Notes under the pieces: generated by a model | What the model saw: only the letters and a program-made list of their open reading frames with translations | Told to the model about the DNA's origin: nothing | The model's database searches: none | Assembly: GCF_006345805.1 (NCBI RefSeq) | Contig: NC_043005.1 | Span: forward strand, 75,020,001-75,084,000 | Reading direction: 5' to 3' | Origin: Octopus sinensis | Taxonomy: Eukaryota | DNA length: 64,000 nt | Made by a program: the position numbers and the translations under genes | Part shown: one piece after another, positions 43,465 to 56,000 of the stretch | Layout: every line of letters begins with the position of its first letter | How positions within the stretch are numbered: the stretch's first letter is position 1

Positions 43465-44296
43465 ACTTACAAGTTTAGGTGTATACCTGTAATTATTGGG
43501 TCATTGGGATATGTAACACACTGCCTAAGTACCAATCTTGAGAAATTAGGCTTCTCAGAACCAGAAAGGTGAAAGCTGATTTGAAGATTACAGATCCAAG
43601 CCAGCACTGGAACTGGAAAAATTTATAAAATTTTGCAGAAGTTTATCATATAAGTAAATATGAGCATGTCTAGACATGCAAGTATATGCAGGAAAATCAC
43701 ACATAAAACAAAACATACAAATCTGCATATGCACTGACTCCAAATATTGCACATATACACACATACATACAAAAATACCCTGTTGGAGAAATTCTAATGA
43801 TGAAGCCTTGGATCTAGGTTAGAAACTGGCTCTTTTTCTTTTGGAAAGAAAATTCAGAAATAAAACTGAATAATGACATACATACACATACATTCCTTCA
43901 ATTCAAAATAAAATGAACCTAGTGAAATAAGTTAAATGGGTGAATAGCATGTATATAAATATATATATACATGCATATATAAACTGTTATGTCTGGGGAG
44001 AGTCATTTTCTTTTTGTGCTTTATAATTTAACACACTCACCAGTGAAATTTCGATCTACTTTTATTTTCCTAAAATTTTTGTTGCATCTTGCAACCTTTT
44101 CAATAGTCTTGAAAAGATTGCAAGATGCAACGAAAATTTTAGGAAAATAAAAATAAGGAATAAGTGGAAATTTGACTGGTGAATTATAAGGCACAAAAAG
44201 AAAATGACTGTCCCCAGACACAACAAAATATGCTTCAACACACAAACTCATATAAAGAATCTTGCAAACCAAATTCAAAAATGAAATACATACATA

Positions 44297-44376
<80 letters not shown>

Positions 44377-46874
44377 TTATATACACACATACATGCACAC
44401 ACACACACACACACATACACACACAAGTGGATAAACAAAAGTGGTACTCAGCATATTTGGTAGGGGTTACATATATCATTTAATAACAGTTTGACTCACT
44501 TCCATGCAACTCAGACTTTCTTGGGCTTATTGGACAAACCCATCTCTAGATATCTGATGGGATGGGTTCATGCTATGAGCCCACAAAGAAATCATATGGA
44601 CTGGTGTCAAACTATTATTAAATTCATGAGGCATAGGTTCAACACTTGCCCAATGTTATGTGCAGTGCAATCAGACCTAGAACTATGTAGTTGTGAAGTG
44701 AACTTCTTCTCTTGAATATTTGAATGTTTATAGCAATAAGTTTTAGGAATTTGAACAGGAAAAAGGATCATAAACATTAATGTACCCTACTCCTTAGTAT
44801 AGAGATTTTAGTTTGTGTTTGATATTAGGATTCTTTATTTCTCCTTTTATTTTAGAATTATTCTAAAATCTTCTCATTTATTCCAGCTTTTCAATGTCCA
44901 CACGAGAAAAATAAACAATATACTCTATGTTCATCTTGCAAAGCAACATGCCATACATTTGAGTCCAAGTCAGATTCATGTGAAGAAGATTGCATCCCAG
45001 GTTGTGTATGTACATCAGGCACTTACCTAAACAGTGATGGTAAATGTGTACCACTGGAAAGTTGTGACTGCGTTGATGTATCTACTAGTAAAAAATACCC
45101 TGCTGGCTCTGAGTTCTTTAATTCATGTGGAAAATGGTAAGTGATAGTATTTATAAGTTTTAGGAAAATATTTCTTATGTTGATTGAAATATAGGTATTA
45201 TAAACTTTTTAACCCCCACAATGTCATGGTCAGTTACTCTTGTTTAAATGACATTACTACTAACATTGCATGCTATATGATACAAATGCACTCCTACACA
45301 GCCTCCAATACATACCCCAACCTGCGACTGCTGAAACTCTACCAACTGCCCACTAACAGGATCCTGCCTCTTGAGGGCTGTGGTCTATAAAGTCACCCTA
45401 TCATCATCCAATGGCATTACAAGACACTGGACACTGCATGGGCATATGAGCCAATGCCTTCAAAAGAAGGTATACACAGCATATGTGCTTCTTCTGGTGC
45501 AGGGATAGGGAAAACACCACCACCTTGTCCTGTTTTATCTGGAGGCCCCATGACCATTGGATCAATTCCCTCAACATCAGATGAAATATCATTGACAGAG
45601 CCCTTCCGTACTCATCTGGAACTTGCAATTGTCGACTTTGCCTCTATGAGAGGCTGCAGTGTCCATCAACCTTCAGTGTCCATTAACAGGAAGAGTAAAC
45701 TATCTTATTGTTACCTCCAGAGGTACACTATGTTTATGTACTTCAAGCCACTAGCAGCTGACAATACAGATACACCACTCAAGGCCTGGCTCCTCCATAC
45801 TCAAAGACATTGTACTTAACCCTTGCCAGCAGATAGACTATGGCCCCATTCATACTGACAATCCAACCAAGCACCACCAAATCTGGTTACTCTTATGGAA
45901 AGGCTGTTGCTGCTTTAGTATTACTTCTCCATTAACCTGCGACAATACTCCACTTTGCCATATGTAGCAGCAACAGCAACAGCAACAAACTGACGTTACT
46001 GAATATATCATACCACAGCACCCAGACATAGCCATGACAACTACCTACCTACATCTTGTCTGTCCATATAGGCTTTATAACAAAGAAAATAATTGATGTC
46101 GCTTCCATACCAACAATGCCACATGACCTGAGATAACCAACAGAGGTCATCTTGAATTTGTCTCATATCTTGGTACTCTATCTCTGGACACCTGATGAGT
46201 TAGGTTCATTAAACAAGCCTATAGAATTTTAAGCTGCATGGAGATGAGTCAAACTGTAATTAAATAATATATCTGTGCATCTATCCACATCACTGCTTGA
46301 CAACATGTATTGGTTTGTTTATGTTACAATAACTAAGTGGTTAGGCAAAAGTAATCAATAGAATAAATACCAGGTGTAAAAAGAAGTGCTGGGGTTGATT
46401 TGTTTGACTAAACCCTTCAAGGCGGTGCTCCAGCATGCCTGCAGTCTGGTGACTAAAACAAGTAAAAGAGGATAAGAATTTCTAGAAACGGTTTCTAAGC
46501 TGCAATATTTATATATTTTAAAATTCATGATAATTTGTCTTTCACATCTTCTGACCAGTCACCTTACTGGCACATGAAAAAACATTTGAGCGAGGCCGTT
46601 GCCAGTGTAGCTGGACTGGCTCCTGTGCAGGTGGCATATAAAAAACACCATTTGAAAGTGGCCATTGCCAGTACTGCCTGACTGGCCCTCATGCCGGTGG
46701 CACGTAAAAGCACCCACTACACTCTTAGAGTGGTTGGCATTAGGAAGGGCATCCAGCTGTAGAAACTCTGCCAGATCAGATTGGAGACTGGTGCAGCCAT
46801 CTGGTTCGCCAGTTCTCAGTTAAATCGTCCAACCCATGCTAGCATGGAAAGCGGACGTTAAATGATGATGATGA

Positions 46875-46935
<61 letters not shown>

Positions 46936-49900
46936 TTTAGAAGTTATTTGATAATGGAGACCTATCTTAAAATTTAATATCTTCTGATTTCTTTTTTATA
47001 AGCAAATGTGTCAATGGTACATTCAAATGTTCCAAAGAAAAATGCAAGGAAGAAGTTATTTGCCCAAAGAATCAAATATATTATGAAAATGTAACCTGTG
47101 TAAAAACTTGTCAAAAATTAGCACATCAAGGGAAATGTACGACTCTGCCTCATCAAGGTTGTGCTTGTAAAACTGGAGATGTTGTCGGGCCAGATGTGAG
47201 TATTATGAATTATAAATTTCACTTTATAAACTTTAATCAAAGTATTATATTTATTGGAAAACTCCAATAAACTCTGTCTGACCCTTGTTAACATAGAAAA
47301 GTGGATGTTAAAATAATGATAATAAAGAAGTTGGTGTGGTTATGAGATTGCCACATTGCTACCATTGTTTCTTTATAATAACAACTGTGCCCCTTCTAAT
47401 TTGTTAATTGGTTCTTTTATAATTACTTTATTGATTTCTCACATCTGTACAAGGACACAAATTTTCACAAGATGTTTATTTCATAATTAATATTGCCATG
47501 TCGCCTAATATTAGAATTTGAATTTTCTTGTTCTATATTCCCAACATTTGTTAATTCCTCTTGTTTGGTAAAAACATTATTTTTTCCATTTATTTTTGAT
47601 TTGCCATGTTAGTATATGAAGAAGAGTGGAGGCGCAATGGCCCAGTGGTTAGGGCAGCGGATTCGCGGTCATAGGATCGCGGTTTCAATTCCCGGACCGG
47701 GCGTTGTGAGTGTTTATTGAGCGAAAACACCTAAAGCTCCACGAGGCTCCGGCAGGGGATGGTGGTGATCCCTGCTGTACTCTTTCACCACAACTTTCTC
47801 TCACTCTTACTTCCTGTTTCTGTTGTACCTGTATTTCAAAGGGCCGGCCTTGTCACTCTCTGTGTCACGCTGAATATCCCCGAGAACTACATTAAGGGTA
47901 CACGTGTCTGTGGAGTGCTCAGCCACTTACACGTTAATTTCATGAGCAGGCTGTTCCGTTGATTCGGGTCAACTGGAACCCTCGTCGTCGTAACCGACGG
48001 AGTGCTTCCATATGAAGAAGAGTAAAGGTGCATGGCTTAGTGATTTTGGGATTTGGGCTCACGATCTCAAGGTCGTAAGTTCAATTCCTAGCCCTTGAGC
48101 AAGACACTTTATTTCATTTGCTCCAGTTCACTCAGCTCGCAAAAATGAGTAGTACCTGTATTTCAAAGGGCCAGCCTTGTCACATTCTTTTTTTTTCTTT
48201 ATTGCCCACAAGGAGCTAAACATAGAGGGGGCAAACAAGGACAAAGGGATTAAGTTGATTACATCGAGCCCAGTGTGTAACTAGTACTCAATTTATCGAC
48301 CCCAAAAGGATGAAAGGCAAAGTCGACCTTGGCAGAATTTGAACTCAGAATGTAACGACAGACGAAATACCACTAAGCATTTCACCTGGCGTACTAACGT
48401 TTCTGCCAGCTTGCCACCTTGTATTCTGTGTCACACTGAATCTCCCTGAGAACTATGTTAAGGGTACACATATCTGTGGAGGGCTCAGCCACATGCCCAT
48501 TAAATTTCACAAGCAGGATGTTCTGTTGATCGGATCAATTGGAACTCTTGTCATCATAACCCATGGAGTGCCATATAAAAATGAGTTTGCAAATGAGAAA
48601 ATAATCTTCTTCAGCTGCCTCAGATGATGGATATAAGCTGATTTAATTTTCTGCAGTATATTACTGGTTCTTATTTTTAAATCAGTGTAGAATAGTGGAA
48701 CTTTAGTACCATTATACACTTACAGCAGTTATCTAGAGTTTCAGTCACTCCATGCAATTAATGATAATGACTATAATAATTATGTTGTGTTTGTTTGTAT
48801 TGTAGGGTTCTTGCGTGAAACCATCATTATGTCCTTGTCGTTATGACCAATATTGGAAGCCATCAGGATCAAGTATAAAAATTGGCTGCAAAAAATTGTA
48901 TGTTTTCAAAGAATTTCTCTTTCCTTTATATAAATCCTCTACATTATAAATACATGTATTTGGTGACATAAAGAATGCACAGGTATATTAGAAACATTAT
49001 GTGAAGATAATGCTGTAATTAGTATATTTGAATATAGTGACCAGGGATGACAAATCCAATAAGATTAGCTATCTCCTGTAGGAGTGAGGAAACAAATGAG
49101 AGAGTGATAGAGACATTGCCAATTTCTATGGATAAAGGAAAACATTCCATGAAGGTCCTTTAGATAGTAATTAGTTTCATCCTTAATTTTAATGAAATCT
49201 CTCTTTTTTTCTAATTGATAAGTTACAGGCTAAGTCATGCTTAAAATTTCTAAAACAAATGAAATAATACTATATATAATTACCACTAACTATAAGTTGT
49301 AAAAACTTTGTAATTAATAGAAATAAGTTAAATATGGGAATTCTATGTATATACTTCCTTGTATCAAGTTAGAGGAGTTTAATACCTCTAAGGGATAATC
49401 AAATCCAAAGCCGCTTCTGGCTATTAGCTGGGTAGGTACAGTCTTTTGTAAGATTGTAAGCAAGTGGTTCAGTTGATAAACTGGAGTTTAGGTTATATAA
49501 GAGAAGAAAGTGAATATAATAACAATGGGAGACTTGTGGATTACACTGGCATCTCTTTAATTAAATAGGTAACAGAAAATTAAGAAGCAGAGATGAGGGT
49601 GCCATTTACGCTGCTTCTTAATTTTCTGTTACCTATTTAATTAAAGAGATGCCAGTGTAATCCACAAGTCTCCCATTGTTATTATATTTATTTTCTTCTC
49701 TTATATATTCTTCTTTGTATTCCTTAATTTTAAATCTCAGTTTCTAATCCCACCTTATGTTCTGGGGGAATGGTTATTTACCTTATATTAGTGGCTACAA
49801 CCAAAGGGCACCACAAGTATTTAGGTTAATATTTTTAGGATTGCCTCAAAGATATATTATTTACAATTATGTTATTTTTACAGATTCTGTAGTGGTGGAA

Positions 49901-51151
49901 TATGGCAAAGTAAGAAAATTAAAGACTGTCCAGGTATATCTTCATTACTGCCTTTACATCATTGCATCAGTTTCATCATTATCAAATTCATCACTTATTT
50001 GTCTGTTCCTTTAGATTGAATCAGAGCTCACTTCTGTCTTTTTGTCAGTTTACTAGTTTTCATATAAATAAGTTCAATCCAAAAGTACAATGCACCTACT
50101 TTAAAGACACATCAAAGATTTAAGTGTGCTCTCAGTAACCTAGAAATTGATGTAAATCTCCACCTTTATTAACTTTTTCCCCAGTATAGCTGTAGTTTAA
50201 TGACCGAAGCAAGTAAACAAAAAAAAAAATAAAAAAGGGAATTAAATTTTGATTTGTGAGTTCAAGGCTTAATTGTGGTTGAAGAAAGGTTTATTTTTTA
50301 AATATGTTCAGAGAAAGCAAAGGTGTGCCTATTATTTTACAAAACTCTCAGACTATGATATAGAAACAGCTAGAATATATGTAGGCTTATGTTACCAGGA
50401 AAAATATAGGTGGAAATGAATACTTGATGTTTACAGTTCAGAGAAAACTTTTGCATTTTTGTTTTTTCCTTCATTTTTAACTCTAAAACTTCAAGTCTAT
50501 GAAAATATTTATTGATATGCTGATAAACTTTTACTATTATCATTCTCTTTTCTTTTTTTTTTTTCAGCTGTTTGTTGGGCATCAGGAGATCCTCACTACA
50601 AAACATTTGATGGCAAACATTTTTCTTTCATGGGAGACTGTTCCTACACATTGGCTCAAGCAAAGGATAAAAGCTTTTCTATTACTGTCCGAAATGTAAA
50701 ATGTGGTTCATTTGGAGTCACTTGTACAAAGGAAGTTTATATTGCAATCCTTGGAAATTTTATTCATTTAGTTATGGGTAAAACTCCTACAATTAATGAT
50801 GTTCAGATACCAGCATCAGGTTATAAAGGAACTGGACTTGAAATCAGATATGCTGGTCTATTCTTAGTTGTATTCTCAAATCATGGACTAACTGTTTTAT
50901 GGGACTTTGGTATGTTTTATATTTGTTTCTTATTATATAATACTAATTTATATATGGTTTATAATTTGTTCGTACCAAAATACAGAAAGTAAACTAGATA
51001 TAAAATATAGAAAATTTCATATTAAAATAGGCTCAAGCATGGCTGTATGAGTAAGAAGCTTACTTTACAACCATGTAATTTCAGGTTCAGTCCCACTGCA
51101 TAGTACCTAGGGTAAGTTTCTTCCAGTTTCTGTCTACTTTGCTTAGATGGA

Positions 51152-51182
<31 letters not shown>

Positions 51183-52574
51183 AATCAGGATCTAAATTGA
51201 TTAATTCTGAAGAAGATACTATTTCTGTTGATCTTCTAAAACAATTTGGTGGTTATATATCATTAGAGAAAACATAATTGATTCCAATAACTTGAGGATT
51301 ATCATTTTGACTTAACTGAATATCATCTCACCAAATTTAAAACAGTCTCTGGTTTTTCAATCAGACTTTTTGAAATAGCAGTGAAATCTCATGAAATTAC
51401 TTTCTGTAATCTTGCAAAGGAAGAGACACATGGATAATTTAGTCTTAGATACATGATACTCAAGAGGAGCCTGGGATGGTCAGTATTGAAAGTCTTTAGC
51501 CATACCACTCAATGAAACCTGATCTATAGCTAAACAACATCAGTAGCCCCAACTAAAGAGCTTGTTAAGTGTTTGCAATAAGTGTTTGAGAATAGATTGC
51601 TAGTTTCTTTTAAAGCTTGTTAATGCATTCACATTACACAACTTCAGGAACCTCACAGTGTCAAAGCTTTTTTTTTCTCCAGTGACCTTTACTTCCACGT
51701 ACACATTTGTATGCATATTTCCTGGCACGATATTGAAAGTGTTTGATATAATTAATATGTCCTTGAGTTCAAATGCTAACGAGGTCAACTTTGTCTTTCA
51801 TCCTTTTGGGGGCCAATAAAATAAGTAACTGTTACAGAATGGTGTCGATGTAATCGACTAGCTTTCTCCTGCAAAATTTCAAGCCTTGGTGCCTGCCTAT
51901 AGTAGAAACACTATAATAATAAACACAAAATTCTGTCTGTCCATCCATCTTGGACCCATGTATCTCAATCTACATTTGCTCTATATTGACATATCATACC
52001 TTCTTTGGAATCAGGCTAATCCCAGGATTGAAAATCTGCCCTTCATTTGGTTCAGAACATCCAGCAGTGGGATTAGGTCTGGATGAGTATTTGTTACATG
52101 GTAACAGTTGAAAATTCAAATTTTAAAAGAACTCCCAAGATTTGTAAACTTACAAGTTTTCCATTTAAACTGAATTTATAGAAATACCATATTGGTAGGG
52201 TACCAATAAATGCTTCATTATTATTACTTTCTTTAGTTTTGGGCTACAGGCTCAATTAGCCCTCCTCAGGAGCCAGCTCAAAAGTCTGCATGGAGTACAG
52301 CTTTTAGGCTAGTTATAAATATGTACTTGTCATCTTCTTTGAAGTTACTTAGAAGAGGTTCCTGAAACTTCACCTTGTCTAATTATACTGGTAGAGAAGA
52401 TCTAATTACTTTTATGATACTAATCAATATAACATGCATTTTAAATCCAATCATTCACTTAAATAGATCAATTAAACACTCACTCTGTTGTTTTACAATG
52501 TTTGCACTTCAGTATCAAAATTATTTGTTACAAAGAATTTCCACATATGCACATGTACACTTACAAGCACATGC

Positions 52575-52608
<34 letters not shown>

Positions 52609-52988
52609 ACGCACGCGTGTGTGTGTACATATATATATATATAAGAGAGAGAGTGTTATATTAAATCTCTGAGTGAGATATAAACAGCAGCAGTATGGAA
52701 CCATAACATATTTGCCAACTGTGGTATCCTATGCAGGACAGTGCTACTGATGTTTATAGTCCCAGAAAGACATCTCCTCCAGCTGGCTAACGACATACAT
52801 TCTGTGTCCAATTAATATTTGTAAGGGAAGGTCATTGCTCCCATCTCTAGCCTTATGTGATACACATGGACTCGAGTTTCTGGGTTACCCATCCTCAGCA
52901 TGTGTTAATCACCAGCTAATGATGGAAGCTCATTCCACTCGCAAATTATTATATATTTTTCTATATGTATGTATGTATGCATGTATGA

Positions 52989-53053
<65 letters not shown>

Positions 53054-56000
53054 ATATATATAAGGAGGGGATATAGTCAGAAAAACAGAGTAAATGAAAT
53101 GTAAACGATAAATAATTTATATAATATATCACTTCAAAGCAATCTCATTATCTTTCCTCTTTTCAAGTAATTAGTTTTAAGACAGATGGCATTTATATAT
53201 AAATGATATAATATATGCACACACTCACAGACAGACAGACAGATAGATAGATAGGTAGATAGAAATATATATACATATGTAAATCTATCTATCTGTTTGT
53301 CTGTTTGTCTGTGCATATATTATATCATTTATATATGAATACCATCTATCTTAAAATTAATTACTTGAAAAGAGGAAAGATAATGAGATTGCTTTGAAGT
53401 GATGAAAAGTATACTTATATTCTGATATCACTCATAACTGACAGATAGATAGATTTACAAATGTATATATATGTATATCTAACTATCTATGTATCTATAT
53501 TTCTATTACCTATCTCTCTATCTGTCTGTCTGTGAGTGTGTGCATATATTATATCATTTATATATAAATGCCATCTGTCTTAAAACTAATTACTTGAAAA
53601 GAGGAAAGATAATGAGATTGCTTTGAAGTGATGAAAAGTGTACTTATATTCTGATATGACTCATAACTCATCTTTAACATTTCATTTACTGTGTTTTTGT
53701 GACTATATCCTCTCCTTACTACCAATATTTTAACAAGCTAAGTGTGTTTATAATTGTATCAGCAACAGAGCAATTGGTAAACTAGATTAAGACCCTCCAT
53801 ATGAAAATAATATTTATCTGTTGTGCCTCAGAGGTCAATTTTGCCTTTCATCCTTTTGGAGTTGATAAAATAAGTACCAGTCATGCATTGGAGTCAACAC
53901 AATCGACTTACCCCCTCCCCGGAAATTCCTGGCCTTCTGCCACAATTTTGAACTCAATATTTATATGTTGATGTCTGTTTTATATTTTGTAGGAACTCGT
54001 GTTTATGTCCAAATATCTGAACAATGGAAAGGCAAAATGGAAGGCCTCTGTGGTGACTATGATTCCAATTCTGAGAATGACTTTCGTTCAAGATATAATT
54101 CACTTGAAACTATGGCCTCAAGTTTTGCTCATAGCTGGAAACTGTATAATTGTCCCCTTGTTCCTCAGAATGGGCCTCACAATAATTTAATGCCATGTCA
54201 GGTTTGTAAATATCATGCAATTTCTTTGATTATTTTATTTCATTTCGTCCTAGTAAATTCTCAATATATTTAACATTGTTTATGCCTACTTTAAAGTGGA
54301 GGCACGTGGCTTAGTGGTAAGGGTGTCTGCACCATGATCATAAGATTGTGGTTTTGATTCCTGGACCGGGTGATACGCTGTGTTCTTGAGCAAATCACTT
54401 CATTTCACGTTGCTCCAGTCAACTCAGCTGCCAAAAATGAGTAACACTGCAATGGACTGGTGTTCCGTCCAGCTGGGGAACACATATGCCATAGAAATCG
54501 GGAAACCGGGCCCGTGAGCCTGGCTAGGCTTTAAAAGGGCACATTTATTTGTGAGGGCACAATGGCCCAGTGGTTAGGGCAGTGGACTCGCGGTCAGAGG
54601 ATCGCGGTTTCAATTCCCAGACCGGGCATTGTATGTGTTTATTGAGTGAAAACACCTAAAGCTCCACGAAGTTCTGGCATGGGGTGGTGACGAGCCCTGT
54701 TGTACTCATTCACCCCAACTTTCTCTCACTCTCTCTTCCTGTTTCTTGAGTAATGCTGTGATGGACTGGTGTTCCGTCCAGCTGGGGAGAACACATATGC
54801 CACAGAAACCGGGAAACCGGGCCCATGAGCCTGGCTAGGCTTGAAAAGGGCGTAAATAAATAAAAAATACTCACTTTAAGTCTCATTGTTTAAAAGCAAT
54901 TTCTTTTAATACATCTCTAAAAGTTTCTAAACTCTCAAACAGCCTTTGACTTTTTCCACTCAGGGTTTTTCGGCCTAATATTCAATTTGCTATTATTTAT
55001 AGCTTTATCTATTTTTAGTTCCACCATCAAAAATTATTTATTTTCATATCTTTTAATGTGGCCGTTCTCCGATCGTGGCCGTTCGCCAGCCTCATCTGGC
55101 ACCTGTGTCGGTGGCACATAAAAACACCTTCCGAAGACCCGGCAAGACTAGTCAGGCCATAACCCGTGGCCCCTACCTGGGATGTAGTCAGTCCACCTGT
55201 GCATACCTTCCTTCTTGTGACACTTGTGAAGACCTGTTGAGGCAAGTGAAAATCAAATCAAATCAAAACAAACCAAAATAGATGAACATCAATGGAATTT
55301 GTATCTTTGTGGTACCAGTGCCGGTGGCACACAAGAAATCCATCCGAACGTGGCTGTAGCCAGTACCGCATCGACTGGCCATCGTGCTGTGGGCACATAA
55401 CAAACACCATCCGATCGTGGCCATTCGCCAGCCTCATCTAGCACCTGTGTCGGTGGCACATAAAAACACCATCCGAAGACCCGGCAAGACTAGTCAGGCC
55501 ATAACCCATGGCCCCTACCTGGGACGTAGTCAGTCCACCTGTGCATACCTTCCTCCTTGTGATACTTGTGAAGGCCTGTTGAGGCAAGTGAAAATCAAAA
55601 TCAAATCAAAACAAATCAAAATAGATGAACATCAATGGAATTTGTATCTTTGTGGTACCAGTGCCGGTGGCACACAAGAAAACCATCCGAACGTGGCCAT
55701 AGCCAGTACCGCACCGACTGGCCTCTGTGCTGTGGGCACGTGCCGGTGGCACACAAGAAAACCATCCGAACGTGGCCGTAGCCAGTACCGCACCGACTGG
55801 CCTCCGTGCTGTGGGCACGTAACAAACACCATCTGATCGTGGCCGTTCGCCAGCCTCATCTGACACCTGTGTCGGTGGCACATAAAACACCATCCGAAGA
55901 CCCGGCAAGACTAGTCAGGCCATAACCTGTGGCCCCTACCTGGGACGTAGTCAGTCCACCTGTGCATACCTTCCTTCTTGTGACACTTGTGAAGACCTGT

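Noticed and set aside
45400-46260. 121-aa ORF and a CTGATGAG motif at ~46192
   Set aside because: Peptide not recognisable; GAAA and the stems are too degraded to call a hammerhead; probably an old retroelement.
47628-47705. tRNA-like sequences at SINE heads (also 22517, 54296, 54551, 29630-29704 and the family-A/C heads)
   Set aside because: A/B boxes run directly into SINE bodies, some with TSDs; I see no complete cloverleaf with an acceptor stem, so these are not tRNA genes.
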